Source of the DNA: a virus
Taxonomy: Duplodnaviria; Caudoviricetes
Reading direction: 5' to 3' (one strand)
IMG/VR virus record: IMGVR_UViG_3300006169_000167
Location: 1 to 25,326 of that record
Length of the DNA: 25,326 nucleotides
Under the pieces are notes generated by a model, which worked only from the letters and a program-made list of their open reading frames with translations, searched no databases and was not told the origin of the DNA. The position numbers and the translations under genes are program-made. Position 1 is the stretch's first letter. Every line of letters begins with the position of its first letter. Of this stretch, positions 17,447 through 25,326 are shown one piece after another.

Positions 17447-18097
17447 TTGTCCAAGCCACGAAAGTCGAGAAAGGGCATCCCCGTCCCAAAGAGCCCTTTG
17501 ACTATAGAAGAACAGGCGTGGCGGGATCAGGAAGTGCAACGCTGCGTCCAGAAGGGCTTCACGATCCGCCAGATTGTCCAGTTCTCGCGGAAGTGGAAAT
17601 CGGACCTCGGGACGTACCCGGAGGCGTGGAGGAAGCTCTCCCGACTTGGTCTGCTGAACCAGGTGCGGCGTGACACCGGCCAGCCAACGCATGAACACAG
17701 CATGATCCAGACGTTCATTGGGATCGTCGATCGTTCTCCGTCGTTACTGACCTACTGGGACAAGGAAGTCTCGCTCGGGAGAGGCTTCGGCGTGCGTGCG
17801 GACATGTATTTTGAAATGCAATCGGGACGGTGGGTGCATTCGTACTATCTCGAAGAGCAGGATGCGGGGATCGATCGTAAGCGATGGCGGTCAAAACTCC
17901 GGGGCTACGTCAACGCGTACGAGCAGAAGAAAAAGTTGTTCCGCGTGCTCGTGCGGGTGCGACACGCAAAGGAGTGGGAAAAGGCCATCGAAATGTGCTT
18001 CGAAGAAATGGGGCAGCATGAAGGTCTCGACCTGTTTTGGTTCTCGATCGACGGCCTCACTTGGATGAACCGGTGGGGCAAAAGTCGTGTAGTGTGA
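17447..18097 (+). CDS. Replication-relaxation (Replic_Relax)-like PD-(D/E)xK protein; start uncertain (TTG 17447)
   Basis: HEHSM, WDKE, VRADMYF, YYLEEQD, SKLRGY and FRVLV pattern. The upstream part of ORF 17081 overlaps the HNH gene. Confidence 0.6.
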   Translation: MSKPRKSRKGIPVPKSPLTIEEQAWRDQEVQRCVQKGFTIRQIVQFSRKWKSDLGTYPEAWRKLSRLGLLNQVRRDTGQPTHEHSMIQTFIGIVDRSPSLLTYWDKEVSLGRGFGVRADMYFEMQSGRWVHSYYLEEQDAGIDRKRWRSKLRGYVNAYEQKKKLFRVLVRVRHAKEWEKAIEMCFEEMGQHEGLDLFWFSIDGLTWMNRWGKSRVV

Positions 18098-18490
18098 AGG
18101 TGCCACTGAGAGCACCGAATGTGCTTAGTCCCTGCGGATTCATTGACAACCGTCAACTTTCTCCCATTGCCCGCTGAGGCGTGCGGCCGGAGAAAGAAAG
18201 CCTAGATCGCACTGCGGGTAGTGCATGAGTCACAGGTCAATCGCGTAAGCGGCGGTGGCGGCCTCCGACATCCTCGAAGTCCAAACCCAAACGGACGGAA
18301 AGGGACAGGAGGCCCTTTTTCGATTCCGTCCTTGCACTTCTTCACCTCGTCTACGGCCTTCTGACGAACACGTTTCGTACGTTCGTCAAGTCGTTTCTCT
18401 ACGAGCCTGCATACAGCAGGGATAGCCTCGTGTCGGCTGAGGACGTTCCTTAGCCGATTGCCGCTCATTCGCAACACAAGGAGTTCACTC

Positions 18491-18799
18491 TTGAGCCAAG
18501 CCGAACTTGAACATGATGCGTTCGAAGATGACCAGCTAAAGAAGCGGCCGCTTCAAAGCTGGAACCTGCCCGGTTCTCCGGGCGGTCGGATCGAAGTCGC
18601 TGTCTGGGAAAACGAATACCAGCACAACGGCGAGACCCGCATCGGGTTCTCCTGCTCCGCGACCCGTAGCTACAAGAAGGATGGAGAATTCGAAAAGAAG
18701 CCGGTCTACCGGCTTATGGACCTCTTTGTCCTCCAGTATGCGATTCAGCAAGCGATCGACTGGATGATCGCAAATCAGCCGAAACGCTCGAAGGAGTAG
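18491..18799 (+). CDS. Putative ssDNA-binding protein (PC4/Whirly-like small protein)
   Basis: AAGGAG SD 7 nt before TTG 18491. IEVAVWEN...RSYKKDGEF...DL pattern resembles a family I recall from Planctomycetota elements. The function is inferred. Confidence 0.55.
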   Translation: MSQAELEHDAFEDDQLKKRPLQSWNLPGSPGGRIEVAVWENEYQHNGETRIGFSCSATRSYKKDGEFEKKPVYRLMDLFVLQYAIQQAIDWMIANQPKRSKE

Positions 18800-18824
18800 C
18801 AACTTACGTTCACGGATGAGCGTT

Positions 18825-18857
18825 CGACCCCAGTCCACTATGGATTGGGGTCGTTTT
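18825..18857 (+). terminator. Rho-independent terminator
   Basis: CGACCCCAGTCCA-CTA-TGGATTGGGGTCG-TTTT: 13-bp stem followed by a T tract. Confidence 0.8.
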
Positions 18858-18963
18858 AAGGATGTACCCAATTTATGTGAAAATGCTTGAAATTAGCACT
18901 CGCCATCGTTAGCACACTAGCATCCGGGAATAGCCCGCATTTCCATGACAGAAGGGCGGACGT

Positions 18964-19722
18964 ATGGATTGGTTTGGTGTGATTGCGTTAGTGGTCTTCT
19001 TACTGCTGTTCGCCATAATCCCCCTCGGATGCGTCGTGGTCGTTTCCGCGAGGTTTGTCGAGTTCTTGCGAATCGATGAGGGTAAGGGTGCAGCTTTGTT
19101 CTGTGTTCTCGCCATTGCCGGAGCACTTGGCTTGGTGTCTCTCTATAGTTCATTCGGCGGCGTGGCCACCTACGCAGTTCTCGCGAGCATATTGGTTATT
19201 ACATTCTCGAAATACATGGTCGCACGGCCAAGTAAGGCAGCTTTTGCCATTTTGCGAAGAGGGCTACGGTACGCATCGTCGTGGCGGGAGAAGAGGAGGG
19301 AGCAGCGTCTTGAAGCAGAACGCCCCATGCGAGAGCGAAAGGAGTCGCACGATCGACAGGAGAAGGAAGTTAGTGACGCCACGGAAGACTACGAGCGTGG
19401 AATGCGACTCGTCACTGGGCTTACCGAAACCGAGCGGAGGAAAACGGAACGAAAATTGAAGAAAGACCTTCGATTGAAGATTCAGCGTGCTCTCGGAGTT
19501 GTTGACACGGATGATTCCGATATCGAAGAAGAACCTGACAGCGAAACGCGAGAAGAAACGATCGAACGACTGCAGCGAGAGTTCAATGCCGGAATGGATG
19601 AAGTGATGAGACTGCACAAGAAGGGCGTAATATCTGAAGAAGAGCGGGATTATGGGATTGTAAGATTGCAGCAGAATCTTCAGAGAAAGATTGGTGATAT
19701 TCTTGGCATCGACGTTTCATAA
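18964..19722 (+). CDS. Membrane protein (about 3 TM) with coiled coil and duplicated SHOCT-like C-terminal helical repeat
   Basis: Three hydrophobic segments; repeats YERGM..LTETER..KLKKDLRLKIQRALG and FNAGM..ISEEER..RLQQNLQRKIGDILG. Confidence 0.75.
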   Translation: MDWFGVIALVVFLLLFAIIPLGCVVVVSARFVEFLRIDEGKGAALFCVLAIAGALGLVSLYSSFGGVATYAVLASILVITFSKYMVARPSKAAFAILRRGLRYASSWREKRREQRLEAERPMRERKESHDRQEKEVSDATEDYERGMRLVTGLTETERRKTERKLKKDLRLKIQRALGVVDTDDSDIEEEPDSETREETIERLQREFNAGMDEVMRLHKKGVISEEERDYGIVRLQQNLQRKIGDILGIDVS

Positions 19723-21478
19723 GCTCGTCGTCGGCCCTCCAAGGTCAGGAAAAACGGAAAGCATGCGGAAGGATGCGGTGCTCACGTTACGGAAGGACCG
19801 TGATGCAACCATCGTCGCGATCAGTCCGCACGTCGGAGATCTCGGTTCGAAGATTCTTCATTCCCTAGACGGTGAGAAATGCGTGCTCGTCCGCGTTGGG
19901 GATACGGAAAGAGTTCCGAGGCTCGATCTGTTTCGTCCGTCGAAGAAGGCAAATGAGTTTGAGCGTGCTCAAGAGAACGACGAGAAATCGCGTCGGTTCA
20001 TCGATATCCTTCTGGCTCGCCGCGGACAAATCGGCCTGCACGAACGTCCGCTGATCGAAGACGGTCTTACGGCCGTTACGAATCTGTGGATGTATCAGAA
20101 TCCCGTAAAGCCGCTGTCGTGGCTTCCGTACGGCTTTGACGTCATGCATCCGGCGTTCGAAGCAATGATTCGCGACTGTACGAATCAGGCGGCGGTATGG
20201 AAGTGCGAGCAGTGGAGGGACATGCCTAAGAGTGAGCGATTTCGAACACTGCTTCCTGCTCAACGGGTACTCGACGGCGGTTTTTCCAGCCCGACGTTTC
20301 AGGCGATGATCGACGGGAAGAATTCCGTAGAGAAGTGGCTCGACGAAGGCCGCAGAATCATCGTCGAAACGATGCCAGGTGTTTCGGAGAACGGTGCGAG
20401 GCTGCTGTTTCTTACGTTCATCCAGTCAGTCATTTGGTATAAGCGGTCCGGAGGCAAACGTCGGGTCATTCTGATCATTGACGAGGCTCTTAACTGGTCG
20501 CTCGTCGACGGCTACCTGCTTCGTGCTATGGCCGAGCTTTTGAAGTTCGGACTGGAAATTTGGGTGAGTGTGCAGACGCTGAACTTCGAAGAGGAATCGA
20601 CGATCGAGGGACTTCTCGCGTGCTGCTACTGGTGGGAAGTGTATCGAGTCGCTTCGCCGAAGGTGCTCGATATATGTTCTCGTTTCATGCTCCGGACGGA
20701 CCTTGATCCGCATCGCATTCACCATGTGGAGGTTCGGAAGCAGCAATTTCACGATGGCTACTACTCCGTCGACACGGAGCAGACGAATACAGGTGGAGCG
20801 AAGACGATTGGAAAGCAGAGCGGCTGGTCATTGGCTCAGAACAAGGGAACGAGCATCGCGAATACTGAAGGTGGAAGCTATGCGATTGCAGAAAACGGGG
20901 GTATTGACGAAACACGGACGATCACTGATCGCGATAGGGTGGATGACAAGACCGGCCTAAAGATATCCGAAACAATTTCGGCGGTCTCCGAGATCGAACG
21001 GGATGGCCGAACGGTGACGGACACGCATAATCGAGCACAGACTCAAACGACTCAAGAGGGGGAAACCCGTGGAATCAACGGCAGTAACAGCGAACAGGTA
21101 ACTGAATCGTGGGGGAAGACACTCGGCAAGCAGTACCTCTCGCAATACAGGATTGAAGAGCAGACGATCGAGCACTTCATGCCCGTCGGAGATCAGTTGA
21201 CCATCGAGCAGGAAAAGCTCCGGCAGGCACTCCAAACGTTGCAAGTTGGGGAGCGGTTCGTGAATGCCGGAGGTCGGGTATTTCGCGAAAAGATAGAAAT
21301 GCTTCCCGAACCATATTCCTGGGTTCCACGAGAAAAGGTGGTTCAGAAGATTATCGACAGAGTGATGTCGCAGCCCTTTTACGAGAAACCCTCGTCTGTG
21401 CAGGTTCCTCGAATCGACGAAGAACCGCCAAAGGGAGCGGCTGCCCGATACAAGGAGAAACGCGGTTGGAACTCCTAG
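19691..21478 (+). CDS. VirD4/TraD-like coupling-protein ATPase (HerA/FtsK superfamily) without its own TM anchor
   Basis: Walker A GPPRSGKT, Walker B ILIIDEA, LLKFGLEIWVSVQ (sensor Q), T/S/G-rich insertion and LQTLQVGERFV C-terminal motif. Confidence 0.8.
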   Translation: MVIFLASTFHKLVVGPPRSGKTESMRKDAVLTLRKDRDATIVAISPHVGDLGSKILHSLDGEKCVLVRVGDTERVPRLDLFRPSKKANEFERAQENDEKSRRFIDILLARRGQIGLHERPLIEDGLTAVTNLWMYQNPVKPLSWLPYGFDVMHPAFEAMIRDCTNQAAVWKCEQWRDMPKSERFRTLLPAQRVLDGGFSSPTFQAMIDGKNSVEKWLDEGRRIIVETMPGVSENGARLLFLTFIQSVIWYKRSGGKRRVILIIDEALNWSLVDGYLLRAMAELLKFGLEIWVSVQTLNFEEESTIEGLLACCYWWEVYRVASPKVLDICSRFMLRTDLDPHRIHHVEVRKQQFHDGYYSVDTEQTNTGGAKTIGKQSGWSLAQNKGTSIANTEGGSYAIAENGGIDETRTITDRDRVDDKTGLKISETISAVSEIERDGRTVTDTHNRAQTQTTQEGETRGINGSNSEQVTESWGKTLGKQYLSQYRIEEQTIEHFMPVGDQLTIEQEKLRQALQTLQVGERFVNAGGRVFREKIEMLPEPYSWVPREKVVQKIIDRVMSQPFYEKPSSVQVPRIDEEPPKGAAARYKEKRGWNS

Positions 21479-22029
21479 AGTGGCTGTACCACGAATCGAC
21501 GGGAGCGGAGCTTTTGCCACTGGGATTCAGAACGACGAAAGCAGCTCACAAGAAGCTGGTGACGCTTTCCGAGCAGGGAACGATTCATAAGCTTGGCAGC
21601 GTTCGGCTCGGAAATGGAAAGCCGTTCGACGTGTTCTGCACACGGAAGAGCAAGCGAGACAACTTGCTTCATAACGTGTTAACGTCGAAATTCGTACAGC
21701 CGTGGGTACTTGCCGGTGCCGAGTGTGTTCGCGGGGATCACGTCGATAAGAAGTTCGCATCGGATGCTGAAATGATCTGGAACGGCGAAAAGTTCTTCAT
21801 CGAGCTGGATCGGGCGACAGAGCATAAGCGGCAGGTTCATACGCGGATGAAGCGGTACATCAATTGCGACGGATGGATTTTGTTTGTGACAACCGACGCC
21901 CGCCGGATAAAATCACTCAAACCGGAATTGAAGATCGTCGCCAACAAAGTGCTGTTTACGACGGTGAAGGAGTCGCGAGGCACCGAGACGGTCTTTGAAG
22001 ACATCTACGGAGACACGACGAAGATTTAA
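21466..22029 (+). CDS. Replication-relaxation (Replic_Relax) family protein
   Basis: wHTH-like AHKKLVTLSEQG, LLHNV, SDAEM, FFIELDRATE, MKRY and ILFVTTDARR motifs; overlaps the ATPase gene end. Confidence 0.75.
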   Translation: MELLEWLYHESTGAELLPLGFRTTKAAHKKLVTLSEQGTIHKLGSVRLGNGKPFDVFCTRKSKRDNLLHNVLTSKFVQPWVLAGAECVRGDHVDKKFASDAEMIWNGEKFFIELDRATEHKRQVHTRMKRYINCDGWILFVTTDARRIKSLKPELKIVANKVLFTTVKESRGTETVFEDIYGDTTKI

Positions 22030-22130
22030 GCAGCCTACGTTTCTATTTCCTGATGTGCTAGGCCACTCCAGGACTTCGCGTAGGGTTTTCGCCGGAGCAA
22101 TCCGGTAGGCAAAAGTTTCCCCAATTAATC

Positions 22131-22295
22131 ATGGAGAAACTCAAGTTCGTTGCGTTCGGATTATGCATCGTCCTTTTCACAATTTGCAAGCTGATTTACG
22201 GGTTTGTTCATATCGTCGCAATCGGTCCCGGTTCGACGAAAGGAGCGACCGTTTGGAAGCAGTGCGGAAGCTGTGGAAAGTTCAGCAAAACCTGA
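22131..22295 (+). CDS. 54-aa membrane microprotein with C-terminal CxxC (not in the ORF track)
   Basis: MEKLKFVAFGLCIVLFTICKLIYGFVHIVAIGPGSTKGATVWKQCGSCGKFSKT. Confidence 0.55.
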   Translation: MEKLKFVAFGLCIVLFTICKLIYGFVHIVAIGPGSTKGATVWKQCGSCGKFSKT

Positions 22296-22324
22296 ATGCG
22301 TTTTATTCTCTACACCCAATCAGT

Positions 22325-22570
22325 ATGGATTTCCCCTTCAAGAGCATTGAAACGGCGGATGTACCTGGACGATTAATCGCCGGCTTCGAAGACGGAGACT
22401 TCCGAGTTGAAGTCGAATCCGTTTTTGATGACAGCGGATATCGTGCGGTCCTGCTTTGTCGCGAATCGCAAAACGAATCGTGGCACAAAGTAGGTACGTT
22501 GCCGATGGGGGACTCAGGGATCGAGTCATTGAACCGGCTGCTAAGGTCGGTGCAGAAGATTCGGGTCTAG
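22325..22570 (+). CDS. Hypothetical protein (81 aa; start ATG 22325)
   Basis: In-frame ATG of ORF 22163..22570 that avoids overlap with the 22131 ORF. Confidence 0.6.
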   Translation: MDFPFKSIETADVPGRLIAGFEDGDFRVEVESVFDDSGYRAVLLCRESQNESWHKVGTLPMGDSGIESLNRLLRSVQKIRV

Positions 22571-22757
22571 ATCTTCGAGAGAGCGTCCTAGCCGCTCTCT
22601 CACCCCTTAACCGGCGAATAGCCGGGGGAATACCGAGTCTACCGCTATCGACAAACTGAACCAGAAAGGAGCTTTAGGTAGTGGACTCTCCATAGTCTCG
22701 CGATTCGTCATCGCGTGAAGGGATGCTCGACTATGGAGAGGGGTATGCTGTACCCAT

Positions 22758-23639
22758 ATGCGAGAAAGAATTGAGGGTGTAGAACGACCCTCGAAGCTCG
22801 ACGCGGCCTTGCAGTTGCACGATGTTGGACTGTGTGTGATCCCTCTCGAAGAGCCGCTCTTCGGTCGTCACAACAGCGGAAAAGCACCGGCAATAAAACG
22901 CTGGAAGCCGTTTCAAACGGTCCGTCCTTCAGAAAGCGACATTCGTCGCTGGTGGTCGAAGAATCCCCGGTTCAACGTCGGCGTGCCGATGGGACCCGTC
23001 TCAGGGTACGTCGCTTTGGATGCGGACTCTGAAGAGGCGGTCGATCTCATTCTTCGAACCTGCTCGGAAACTCCGTTTCAGGTCATGACGCGACAAGGCC
23101 GTCATTTCTACTTTCGTGATAGCGGCATCAATCTTCCAAACACGGTGAGAATCAACGGCAAGCCGATCGATGGCCGTTTTTTCAGAAGCTACCTGGTCGG
23201 CCCTTGGTCCGAACACTGGACCGGACACGTCTACACGCCGTTGAACGACATCACGCCGGAGATGCTTCGTGACGTTCCTCCGTTCGATCCATCGTGGATC
23301 GCGGTCGAAAAGCGGTCGTACGCGACGTCAACCGTGCGTGTGCAACCGACGGAGAATCGGCATCGGCTGCTTCGAAGAGCTGAAAAGTACGGCGACCGTA
23401 TCGAGCCCGCGATCGAAGGACAAGGCGGCTCGAACAAGATGATGTGGTTCGTCGGCTCGATGATCCAGAAGTTCGGATTGCGATATGAGGAAGCTCTTCC
23501 GTTGATCCTGAAATACAACGAGCGGTGCATTCCTCCGTTCAGCGAGAAGGAAATCGAACACAAGATTCATTCGGCGATTGAAAATCGTGAGAACTATGTA
23601 CGCTCTCGCATCGCCGACATTTTGGAGAACGATCGATGA
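22758..23639 (+). CDS. Bifunctional DNA primase/polymerase (Prim-Pol, AEP) with PriCT-like C-terminal domain
   Basis: GLCVIPL, GKAP, WW...NVGVPMG, ALDAD, TRQGRHFYF, YLVGPWSEH and NERCIPPFSEKEIEHKIHSA motifs. Confidence 0.9.
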   Translation: MRERIEGVERPSKLDAALQLHDVGLCVIPLEEPLFGRHNSGKAPAIKRWKPFQTVRPSESDIRRWWSKNPRFNVGVPMGPVSGYVALDADSEEAVDLILRTCSETPFQVMTRQGRHFYFRDSGINLPNTVRINGKPIDGRFFRSYLVGPWSEHWTGHVYTPLNDITPEMLRDVPPFDPSWIAVEKRSYATSTVRVQPTENRHRLLRRAEKYGDRIEPAIEGQGGSNKMMWFVGSMIQKFGLRYEEALPLILKYNERCIPPFSEKEIEHKIHSAIENRENYVRSRIADILENDR

Positions 23640-23803
23640 TCACTTTGAAAAGCGTTTCCGGTAAACGATGCATCTTTTGCGAAAGTCATGAAACGGCGAA
23701 CGTTCGCGTGAAGGGCGAACGTGAGTTCTCTGGAGCCGTCTGCAAGGAGCACGTGTGGAAGTTGCTCGGAAGAGACGCGAAAAAGGAAGAAGTTAAATCG
23801 TAA
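23636..23803 (+). CDS. 55-aa zinc-finger microprotein (CxxC...CxxH; not in the ORF track)
   Basis: ATGA overlap with the primase gene; MITLKSVSGKRCIFCESHETANVRVKGEREFSGAVCKEHVWKLLGRDAKKEEVKS. Confidence 0.7.
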   Translation: MITLKSVSGKRCIFCESHETANVRVKGEREFSGAVCKEHVWKLLGRDAKKEEVKS

Positions 23804-23856
23804 GAGGTGGACACTTAGTCGAATGAGACTCTTTCCTATTTTTATCGGGGTGACTT

Positions 23857-24135
23857 GTGTTCGACAGTTCGGACGTCATTGAACGTCTTGATCGAATCGA
23901 GGAAGCGATCAGGCGGCTCGCAACGCAACCAACGGAGAAAGAGTGGTACTCACCTGCGGAAGCCGGGGATATTCTGCAACGTGCGGAGTACACGGTCCGT
24001 GAATGGTGTCGGCATCGACGAGTTCGGGCGAGTAAACGCAGTTGCGGACGCGGTAACGCGAAGGAGTGGATGATCTCGGCCGAGGAGCTGCGGCGGGTGC
24101 AGAATGAAGGCTTGCTTCCGTTACCCAAACACTGA
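23857..24135 (+). CDS. Excisionase-like HTH_17 DNA-binding protein
   Basis: WYSPAEAGDILQRAEYTVREWCRHRRVRASK...WMI motif; adjacent to the integrase. Confidence 0.85.
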   Translation: MFDSSDVIERLDRIEEAIRRLATQPTEKEWYSPAEAGDILQRAEYTVREWCRHRRVRASKRSCGRGNAKEWMISAEELRRVQNEGLLPLPKH

Positions 24136-25326
24136 TTGCACGGCGTTCCGCTTGAAGTTCGGGGCAAAATGCCGATACCTGCGGGCGACTGCTTCCGTGG
24201 AATGCCCGATGATCTCGTCAATGACACGTTGATCGATTCCCTTCATCGCGAGGTTCGACGCAAGCGAGTGGCGAAACGTATGAAATCCCTTGATGACCTT
24301 CCATTTCGAATCGGCCAAGCTCATCTGCAAGTGCGTGTGGGCCTCATCGCGGGTGAGCGGGAGCCCGTCCTTGCACTGGAACGTCGGGCCGCTGGTGCGG
24401 CTCCCAAGCCATTTCTTCAGGGTCTTCGCCAGCGTGGGCGACATGGGGACCGATCGCGTGCCGTGGTGCCCCCGTTCTCGCTTCCGCTCGTTGATCGTGA
24501 TGGTCTTTGCCTTGAAGTCGATGTCCTCGGCACGGCTACGGATAAGCTCGCTTCGCCTCGCTCCGGTGTGTGCGGCGGTCAGCAGCATCGGATGAACGTA
24601 CGGCTTGGCCCCGTGCTTCTCAACGTGCTTCAGGACCTTCTCGACTTCATCGGGGCTCAGGAAGAGAGAATCCCAAAGCGATTCGTCGGCACCGTTCTTT
24701 ATCTGCCGCTCGATCTCATGCCACGTCTGAAACCGGGGTGCTTCCTTCGTCGACGGATATTTCAGCTTCTTCCCCGGAAAGCCACCTTTCACTTTTCCAT
24801 GACTCGCGGCCCAGCTCCACATTCCGCTGATCGTGTTGATTTCCTTCCTGACCGTTACCGGGCTGATTTTGTTCCCCTGCCGATTCTTCTCCTTCGTGCG
24901 GCGATTGATGTAGTTCTGAAGGTCGTCGAAGGTCAGCGATCCGAGCGGGGTGTTCTTCCCGAGCACGCGGGCGGCATGCTTCAGGTGAATTCGCATGGTG
25001 AGGAGCGTGGAATCCTCAAGATGCCCGTCCGGGTTGCCCGTCACATATTCGTCGAAGAGTTCGCCGAGGGGCAAGAGATTGCCCTGAGTGGGCTTCTGCG
25101 TGATCCTGCCGTCCGTCGCGACGAACAGACCGATGTCGGCACCTGGCGGGATCGCAACGCGTCCCTCCGCGATCAGGGCGAGCGTCTTCTCGGCTGAAGC
25201 CAGAATGAGCTTCGCGTTCTCCTCGGAAGCCGCATCGAGCGTCTGTCCGAACTTGCGGCCGTGCAAGCGGAACACGAGTCTGTAGCTCGTTCGGTTCGGG
25301 AATTGGCGGGTCTCAAGCGAGGCCAT
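24121..25326 (-). CDS. int: Tyrosine recombinase / phage integrase
   Basis: Catalytic motifs TGARRSEL, HTFRH, IGH and RY; SAM-like domain; N-terminal arm-binding-like region. Confidence 0.96.
   Translation of the reverse strand: MASLETRQFPNRTSYRLVFRLHGRKFGQTLDAASEENAKLILASAEKTLALIAEGRVAIPPGADIGLFVATDGRITQKPTQGNLLPLGELFDEYVTGNPDGHLEDSTLLTMRIHLKHAARVLGKNTPLGSLTFDDLQNYINRRTKEKNRQGNKISPVTVRKEINTISGMWSWAASHGKVKGGFPGKKLKYPSTKEAPRFQTWHEIERQIKNGADESLWDSLFLSPDEVEKVLKHVEKHGAKPYVHPMLLTAAHTGARRSELIRSRAEDIDFKAKTITINERKRERGHHGTRSVPMSPTLAKTLKKWLGSRTSGPTFQCKDGLPLTRDEAHTHLQMSLADSKWKVIKGFHTFRHSLASNLAMKGIDQRVIDEIIGHSTEAVARRYRHFAPNFKRNAVQSVFG

Larger units (their letters stand above)
1..25326. mobile_element. 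Temperate siphovirus-like phage/prophage (partial; terminase and portal lie upstream of the window)
   Basis: Syntenic head-neck-tail-lysis gene order, followed by primase, excisionase-like HTH and tyrosine integrase genes. Confidence 0.95.

Noticed and set aside
24136-25197. 353-aa plus-strand ORF
   Set aside because: It is the antisense shadow of the integrase and has no recognisable motifs.

Overview
The window holds most of a temperate siphovirus-type phage or prophage and ends exactly at the start codon of a tyrosine integrase. Positions 1-15019 form an HK97-type morphogenesis module: head morphogenesis protein, prohead protease/scaffold, major capsid, decoration-like proteins, connector and neck genes, tail tube, tail chaperone with a -1 frameshift, short tape measure, Dit, collar-containing fibre and hub. 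A lysis cassette follows at 15029-16136. The right arm is unusual. It has (i) an oriC-like locus of about nine DnaA boxes with DnaA-trio-like repeats and an AT-rich patch (16142-16432); (ii) a membrane-anchored HNH nuclease; (iii) a conjugation-like module of membrane protein, VirD4/TraD-like ATPase and Replic_Relax-like nuclease, plus a second Replic_Relax-like gene and a putative ssDNA-binding protein; and (iv) a Prim-Pol/PriCT primase with no helicase, an excisionase-like HTH gene and the integrase. Translation and transcription signals are also atypical: many genes appear to be leaderless (-10 box 6-8 nt before the start codon) or have C/T-rich leaders instead of Shine-Dalgarno sites. All family assignments come from motif recognition by eye, not database searches.
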